Below are positions 15,313-23,739 of a stretch of DNA of 23,739 nt, in pieces. The DNA comes from Octopus sinensis (taxonomy: Eukaryota). The translations under genes were made by a program, and so were the position numbers. A model generated the notes under the pieces. It ran no database searches. It saw nothing but the letters and a program-made list of their open reading frames with translations, and was not told where the DNA came from. The DNA is taken from assembly GCF_006345805.1 (NCBI RefSeq), contig NW_021836547.1, positions 1 to 23,739 on the forward strand, read 5' to 3'. How positions within the stretch are numbered: position 1 is the stretch's first letter; every line of letters begins with the position of its first letter.

Positions 15313-18300
15313 TACATAATTTGCATATATATATGCATAATTTTCATATATATATACATAATTTGCATATATATATATACATAATTTGCATATATATATA
15401 CATAATTTGCATATATATATATATATACATAATTTGCATATATATATATACATAATTTGCATATATATACATAATTTGCATATATATACATAATTTGCAT
15501 ATATATATACATAATTTGCATATATATACATAATTTGCATATATATACATAATTTTCAGATAAATACATAATTGCATATATAAATACATAATTTGCATAT
15601 ATTGTACATAATGCGCATATATATATACATAAATTGCATATATATATACATAATTTGTATATATATATAGATAATTGGCTTATACATACATTATTTGCAT
15701 ATATATATGTACATAATTTGCATATATATATACATAATTTGCTTATATATATACATAATTTGCATATATATATACATAATTTGCATATATATATATACAT
15801 AATTTGCATATATATACATACATAATTTGCATATATATATTCATAATTTGCATATATATATACATAATTTGCATATATATACATAATTTGCATATATATA
15901 TACATAATTTGCATATATATATACATAATTTGCATATATATATACATAATTTGCATATATATATATATACGTAATTTGCATATATATATATATACATAAT
16001 TTGCATATATATACATAATTTGCATATATATATACATAATTTGCATATATATACATAATTTGCATATATATATATATATACATAATTTGCATATATATAC
16101 ACATAATTTGCATATATATACATAATTTGGATATATATACATACTTTGCCTATATATATAGAATTTACATATATATATACATAATTTGCATATATATATA
16201 CATAATTTGCATATATGTGTACATATTTTGCATATATATATACATAATTGGCATATATATACATTATTTGCATATATATATATACATAATTTGCTGATAT
16301 ATATACATAATTTGCATATATATATACATAATTTGCATATATATGTACATAATTTGCATATATATATATACATAATTTGCATATATATATTCATAATTTG
16401 CATATATATATTCATAATTTGCATATATATATACATAATTTGCATATATACGTAATTTGCATATATATATACATAATTTGCATATATATATACATAATTG
16501 CATATATATATACATAATTTGCATATATAATATACATAATTTGCATATATATATACATAATTTGCATATATAATATATACAAATTGCATATATATATACA
16601 TAATTTGCATATATATATATACATAATTTGCATATATATATATACATAATGCATATATATATACATAATTTGCATATATAAATACATAATTTGCATATAT
16701 ATATATACATAATTTGCATATATATATAAATATATAACATATATACATAATTTGCATATATATATTCATAATTTGATATATACATAATTTGAATATATAT
16801 ATACATAATTTGAATATATATACATAATTGCATATATAATAACATAATTTGCATATATATACATAATTTGCATATATATATATACATTATATGCATATAT
16901 ATATATACAAAATTTGCATATATATATACATAATTTGCATATATATACATAATTTGCATATATATATACATAATTTGCATATATATATACATAATTTGCA
17001 TATATATATACATAATTTGCATATATCTATACATAATTTGCATAAATATATATACATAATTTTCATATATATATGCATAATTTGCATATATATATACATA
17101 ATTTGCATATATATATACATAATTTGCATATATATATACATAATTTGCATATATATATACATAATTTGCATATATATATACATAATTTGCATATATATAT
17201 ATACATAATTTGCATATATATACATAATTTGCATATATATACCTAATTTGCATATATATACATAATTTGCATTATATATACATAATTTGCATATATATAC
17301 ATAATTTGCATTATATACATAATTTTCATATAAATACATATTTGCATATATATATACATAATTTGCATATATATGTACATAATTTGCATATATATATACA
17401 TAAATTGCATATATATTATACATAATTTGTATAATATATATAGATAATTGGCTTATACATACATTATTTGCATATATATATACATAATTTGCATATATAT
17501 ATACATAATTTGCTAATATATATACATAATTTGCATATATATATACATAATTTGCATATATATATACATAATTTGCATATATATACATAATTTGCATATG
17601 TATATACATAATTTGCATATATATATACATAATTTGCATATATATATACATAATTTGCATATATATATATATACGTAATTTGCATATATATATATATACA
17701 TAATTTGGATATATATACATAATTTGCATATATATATACATAATTTGCATATATATACATAATTTGCATATATATATATATACATAATTTGCATATATAT
17801 ACACATAATTTGCATATATATACATAATTTGCATATATATACATACTTTGCATATATATATAGAATTTACATATATATATACATAATTTGCATATATATA
17901 TACATAATTTGCATATATATGTACATATTTTGCATATATATATACATAATTTGCATATATATATACATAATTTGTATATATATATACATAATTGGCATAT
18001 ATATACATTATTTGCATATATATATATACATAATTTGCTTATATATATACATAATTTGCATATATATATACATAATTTGCATATATATGTACATAATTTG
18101 CATATATATATTATACATAATTTGCATATATATATACATAATTTGCATATATATATTCATAATTTGCATATATATATACATAATTTGCATATATACGTAA
18201 TTTGCATATATATATACATAATTTGCATATATATATACATAATTTGCATATATATATACATAATTTGCATATATATATATACATAATTTGCATATATATA

Positions 18301-19677
18301 TACATAATTTGCATATATATATATATACATAATTTGCATATATATATATACATAATTTTCATATATATATACATAATTTGCATATATATACACATAATTT
18401 GCAGATATAAATACATAATTTGCATATATATATATACAAAATTTGCATATATATATATAATTTGCTATATATAATTATATATATTATATATCTATACATA
18501 TTTGCATATAAATATACATAATTTACATATATATACAAAATGTGCATATATATATACATAATTTGCATATATACGTAATTGGCATATATATATACATAAT
18601 TTGCATATATATATACATAATTGCATATATATATACATAATTTGCATTATATATACATAATTTGCATATGTATACATAATTTGCATATATCTATACATAA
18701 TTTGCATATATATATTCATAATTTGCATATATATATACATAATTTGCATATATATTTACATAATTTGCATATATATACATAATTTGCATATATATATATA
18801 TACATAATTTGCATATATATATACATAATTTTCATATATATACACATTATTTGCAAAAATAAATACATAATTTGCATATATATGTACCTAATTTGCATAT
18901 GTATGTACATAATTTGCATATATATATACATAATTTGCATATATATATACATAATTGGCATATATATACATAATTTGCATATATATATATTCATAATTTG
19001 CACATCTATATATACATAATTTGCATATATATATATACATAATTTGCATATATATACATAATTTGCATATATATATATACATATTTGCATATTATACCTA
19101 ATTTGAATATATACATAATTTGCATATATATATATATACATAATTTGCATATTATACATAATTTGCATATATATACATAATTTGAATATATATATAGAAT
19201 TTACATATATATATACATAATTTGCATATATATATACATAATTTGCATATATATATACATAATCTGCATATATATACATAATTTATATATATATAAGATA
19301 CTGGCATATATATACATTATTTGCATATATATATACATAATTTGCATATATATATACATAATTTACATATATATATACATAATTTGCATATATATATACA
19401 TACTTTGCATATATATATACATAATTTGCATATGTATATACATATTTGCATATATATATATACATAATTTGCATATATATATACATAATTTGCATATATA
19501 TAATAATTTGCATATATATATACATAATTTGCATATATATATATATAATATGCTATATATATTATATAATATATATACATAATTTGCATATAAATATACA
19601 TAATTTGCAAATATATACAAAATTGCATATATATGTAATTTGCATATATATAACATAATTTGCATATATATATACAT
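15313..19677 (-). repeat. Family B satellite, reverse orientation, array 3 (extended by ~1 kb)
   Basis: ATAATTGGCT occurs at 15671 and 17444. The end-of-array marker TGCTATATAT occurs twice (~18463 and ~19551), indicating an extra terminal segment. Confidence 0.95.
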
Positions 19678-20888
19678 TATGTATATATATATGCCAATTA
19701 TGCATATATATGCAAATTATTAATATATATGCAAATTATGTATATATATGCAAATTATGTATATATATGCAAATTATATATATAAGCAAATCATGTATTA
19801 TATAATGCAAATTATGTATATATATATATATATGCAAATTTGTATATATATTTGCAAATTATGTATATTTATATGCAAATTATGTGTATATATATATATA
19901 ATATATATACATATTATAATATATATATATGCAAATTATGTATATATATATGCAAATTATGTATATATATGCAATTATGTTATATATATATGCAAATTAT
20001 GTATATATATATATGCAAATATGTATATCATATTCAAATTATGTATATATATATGCAAATTATGTATATATATATGCAAATTATGTATATATATATATGC
20101 AAATTATGTATATATATATGCAAATTATGTATATATATACAAATTATGTATATATAGATGCAAATTATTTATATATATATGCAAATTATGTATATAATAT
20201 GCAAATTATGTATATATATATGTAAATGCTATATATATATATGCAAATTATGTATATATATGCAAATTATGTATATATATGCAAATTTGTATATATATGC
20301 AAATTATGTAATATATATTATGCAAATTATGTATATATATGCACATTATGTATTTATATGCAAATTATATTATATATATGCAAATTATTATTATATGCAA
20401 ATTATGTATATATATATGCAAATTATGTATATATAGATGTGCAAATTATGTATATATATGCAAATTATGTATATATATGCCAATTATGTATATATATATG
20501 CAATTATGCATATATATGCAAATTATGTACATATATGCAAATTATGTACATATATTATGCAAATTATGTTATTTATTTTTGCAAATAATGTGTATATATA
20601 TGAAAATTATGTATATATATATGCAAATTATGTATATATATATATATGCATGCAAATTATGTAAATATATATGCAACTTATGTATATATATATGCAAATT
20701 ATGTATATATATTTATGCAAATTATGTATAGATATATGCAAATTATGTATATATATATGCAAATTATGTATATATATATGCACATTATGTATATATATAT
20801 ACAAATTATGTATATATATATGCAAATTATGTATATATATATGCAAATTATGTATATATATATGCAAATTATGTATATATATATGTAA
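19678..20888 (+). repeat. Family B satellite, long forward block, largely an inverted copy of ~18680-19630
   Basis: Orientation switches at TATACATTATGTATA (19671-19685). Several rare variants are reverse complements of variants in 18750-19630 at a near-constant coordinate sum (~39420-39460). Confidence 0.9.
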
Positions 20889-22624
20889 ATGTCAGGATGT
20901 CATTACCGTCTTTGATCTCTGTTGGCCCTCTCTTTGATCTCTGTCGGCACCGTCTTGATCTCTGGAATGTCAGGAATGTCTGGAATGTCCGGAATGTCAG
21001 GAATGTCTGGAATCAAACACGGTGCGACAGAGATTAAGCAAGATGCCGACAGAGATCAAAGACGGTACTGCATTCCTGACATCCCACACATTCCAGACAT
21101 TCCGGACATTCCAGACATTCCAGAAATTCCAGACATTCCTGGCATTCCAGACATTCCTGACATTCCAGACATTCCACATATTCCACACATTACAGACATT
21201 CCTGACATTCCAGGCATTCCAGACATTCCTGACATTCCTGAGATCAAAGACTGTGACGACAGAGATCAAATGGGTGCCGAAGGAGATCAAAAAGCGTGCC
21301 GAAAGAGATCAAAGAGCGTTCCGTCTGAGATCAAAGAGAGTGCCGACATAGATCAGCGACGGTGCCGACATATATCAAAGATAGTGCCGACAGAGATCAA
21401 AGAGGGTGCCGACAGAGATCAACGAGGGTGCCGAAAGTGATCAAAGAGCGTGCGACAGAGATCAAGAGAGTGTCGACAGAGATCAAAGACGGTGTCGACG
21501 GAGATCAAAGAGGATGCCGAAAGAGATCAAAGAGAGGACCGAATAGATCAAAGAGGGTGCTGACAGAGATCAAAGACGGTGCTGACATTCTTGACTTCGA
21601 CATTCCTGAAATTCCAGACATTCATGACATTCCAGACATTCCAGGCATTCATGACATTCCAGAAATTCCAGACATGCATGACATTCCAGACATTCCTGAC
21701 ATTCCACACATTCGTCACATTCCAGACATTCCTGACATTCCAGATATTCCAGACATTCCGGACATTCCAGACATCCAGATATTCCAGACATTCCTGACAT
21801 TCCAGAGATCAAAGACGGTGCCGACAGAGATCAAACCGGTGCTGACAGAGATCAAAGACGGTATTGACTTCCTGACGTTCCACACATCCCAGACATTCCT
21901 GACATTCCAGACATCCTGACATTCCAGATATTCCGGACATTCCAGATATTCCCGACATTCCTGACATTCCAGAGATCAAAGACGGTGCCGACAGAGATCA
22001 AAGAGGGAGCCGACATAGATCAAACACGGTGCCAACAGAGATCAAAGACGGTACTGACATTCCTGACATTCCACACATTCCACACATTCCCACATTCCAG
22101 ACATCGTGACATTCCAGACATTCCAGTCATTCCAGATATTCCAGACTTTCTGACATCCTGATTCCACACATTCCTGATATTCCTGACATTCCTGATATTC
22201 CTGACATTCTGACATTCCAGACATTCATGACATTCCAGACATTCCTGACATTCCAGACATTAAAGATTTCCAGACATTCCTGACATTCAGAGATCAAAAC
22301 GGTGCCGACAGAGATCAAAGAGAGGGCCGACAGAGATCAAACACGGTGCCTACAGAAATCAAAGAGGGTAGTGACCTTCCTGACATTCCACACATTCCTG
22401 ACACACCAGACATTCCTGACATTCCAGACATTCCTGACATTCAAGACATTCCAGATATTCCAGACATTCCTGACATTCCAGAGATCAAGACTGTGCCGAC
22501 AGAGATCAAAGAGAGGGCCGACAGAGATCAAGCACGGTGCTGACAGAGATCAAAGACGGTACTGACATCCTGAACATTCCACACATTCCTGACATTCCAG
22601 ACATTCCTGACATTCCAGACATTC
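20889..22624. repeat. Family C: GC-richer mosaic of 9-mer (GACATTCCA/T) and 22-mer (GACAGAGATCAAAGASGGTGCC) runs, first ~125 bp inverted
   Basis: Alternating runs are readable directly: 9-mers at e.g. 21069-21240, 21583-21803 and 22054-22288; 22-mers at e.g. 21239-21582 and 22479-22561. Positions 20889-21013 read GGAATGTC/TTTGATCTCTG, the reverse complement of these units. Confidence 0.93.
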
Positions 22625-23682
22625 TTAAAATTAGTAATAATAAACTAAACATAGGACAAATAAACTAAAAATAGAACAGCAACTAAAAATAGTACAAGTA
22701 AAAATTAAACAGAACAGCAACAAAAAATAGAACAAATAAACTAAATAGCAAGCACAGCAACTAAAAATAGAACCAGCAACTAAGAATAGAACAAATAAAC
22801 TAAAAAGGGAACAGCAACTAAAAATGGAACAAATAAACTAAAAATAGAACAGCGACTAAAAATAGAACAATACTAAAAATAGAACAGCAACTAAAATAGG
22901 TCAAATAAACTAAAAATAGAACAGCAACTAAAAATAGAACAAATAACTAAAAATAGAACAGCAACTAAAAATATAACAGCAACTAAAAATAGGACAAAAA
23001 AACTAAAAATAGAACAGCAACTAAAAATAGGACAAATAAACTAAAAATAGAACAGCAACTAAAAATAGAACAGCAATAAAAAAGGATAGCAACTAAAAAT
23101 AGAACAGCAATTAAAAATAGAACAGCAACTAAAAATAGAACAAATAAACAAAAATAGAACAGCAACTAAAGATAGAACAAATAAACTAAAAATAGAACAA
23201 ATAAATTAAAAATAGGACAAATAAACTAAAAATAGGACAAATAAACTCAAATAGGACAAAAAACCTAAAAAAAATTGGACAAATAAACTAAAAATAGAAC
23301 AGCGACTAAAAGTAGAACAAATAAACTAAAAATATACAGCAACTAAAAATAGAAACAGCAACTAAAAATATGACAAATATACTAAAAATAGAACAGCAAC
23401 TAAAAATAGAACAGCAACTAAAAATAGAACAAATAAACTAAAAATAGAACAGCAACTAAAAAATAACAGCAACTAAAAATAGGACAAATAAACTAAAAAT
23501 AGAACAGCACTAAAAATAGGACAAATAAACTAAAAATAGAACAAATAAACTAAAAATAGAACAGCAACTAGAAATAAACAGCAAGTAAAAATAGAACAGC
23601 AACTAAAAATAGACAGCAAGTAAAAATAGAACAGCAACTAAAAATAGAACAAATAAACTAAAAATAGAACAGCAACTAAAAA
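22625..23682 (+). repeat. Family D: A-rich minisatellite of 18-mer AACTAAAAATAGAACAGC and 20-mer AACTAAAAATAGRACAAATA units
   Basis: The two unit types share the 5' part AACTAAAAATAGRACA and are interleaved in tandem throughout. Confidence 0.93.
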
Positions 23683-23720
23683 CGGTTTAAACTAGTTCAA
23701 ACCGGTTCAAACTGGTTCCA
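23681..23720. repeat. Family E: four 10-bp units with palindromic or near-palindromic cores
   Basis: AACGGTTTAA ACTAGTTCAA ACCGGTTCAA ACTGGTTCCA. The cores AACTAGTT and AACCGGTT are perfect palindromes. Confidence 0.7.
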
Positions 23721-23739
23721 ATCTATAAATGGTATCTAT
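23721..23739 (+). repeat. Probable resumption of family A at the window edge
   Basis: ATCTATAAATGGTATCTAT resembles the A variants ATCTATAAATAGTATCTAT and ATCTATAAATGGAATCTAT. Only 19 bp are visible. Confidence 0.55.

Noticed and set aside
1741-19800. The whole higher-order repeat as a missed-adapter subread concatemer
   Set aside because: Such artefacts alternate the strand of the entire insert, but family A stays in one orientation in all copies and the copies differ by large internal deletions. Other assembly artefacts remain possible.
72-20888. Numerous TATA-box and AATAAA polyadenylation-like motifs
   Set aside because: They are trivial products of (TA)n and (AAAT)n with no associated gene.
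939-20937. Dozens of overlapping ORFs up to 508 aa (MQIMYIY / YANYVYI / CKLCIYI repeats)
   Set aside because: The B unit ATGCAAATTATGTATATATAT has no TAA, TAG or TGA on that strand and contains ATG, so all three frames stay open. The ORFs overlap in every frame, shift with (TA)n length and have no domain-like sequence.
20922-21919. ORFs with (PDI)n on + and (SGM)n on - in family C
   Set aside because: They result from the 9-bp unit. The interleaved 22-mer is not a multiple of three and shifts frame, the 172-aa ORF starts at TTG and crosses an inversion junction, and there is no non-repetitive coding part. A repetitive exon cannot be fully excluded without RNA data.
21239-22561. CRISPR-like appearance of 22-bp repeats separated by other sequence
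   Set aside because: The intervening sequence is itself 9-mer tandem repeat rather than unique spacers, the 22-mers are often directly adjacent, and no cas genes or leader are visible.
22983-23165. 60-aa hydrophobic ORF resembling a membrane peptide
   Set aside because: The hydrophobicity comes from the T-rich reverse strand of the 18/20-mer D repeat.
1-23739. Telomeric repeat array or organellar control region
   Set aside because: No canonical G-rich telomere unit (TTAGG, TTAGGG, TTTAGGG) is present, and there is no flanking tRNA, rRNA or organellar gene to support an organellar origin.

Overview
The window is almost entirely tandem repeat (satellite-type) DNA. I found no supportable protein-coding gene, RNA gene, CRISPR array or autonomous mobile element. 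About 20.9 kb is very AT-rich and made of two families. Family A is the 13-mer AATAGAATCTATA mixed with (AAAT)n and always lies A-rich on the + strand. Family B is the core ATGCAAATTATG plus a variable (TA)n spacer, 19-25 bp per unit, and occurs in both orientations. Diagnostic variants show A and B form a multi-kb higher-order unit [A(+) - B(-) - fold-back point - B(+)], present three times (about 5.8, 5.2 and 7.0 kb) after a shorter 1.68-kb [A(+) - B(+)] unit. B arrays also have an internal ~1.77-kb period, and an inverted duplication with ~1-kb arms is centred near 19.72 kb. The last ~2.85 kb is a different island: a GC-richer mosaic of 9-mers and 22-mers with an inverted left end (C), an 18/20-mer A-rich array (D), four near-palindromic 10-mers (E), then a return to A-like sequence. 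All ORF-track entries are explained by the repeat units. Patches of single-base indels suggest a noisy long-read consensus, so parts of the architecture need raw-read validation. The source is probably eukaryotic heterochromatin (inference); the organism cannot be identified.
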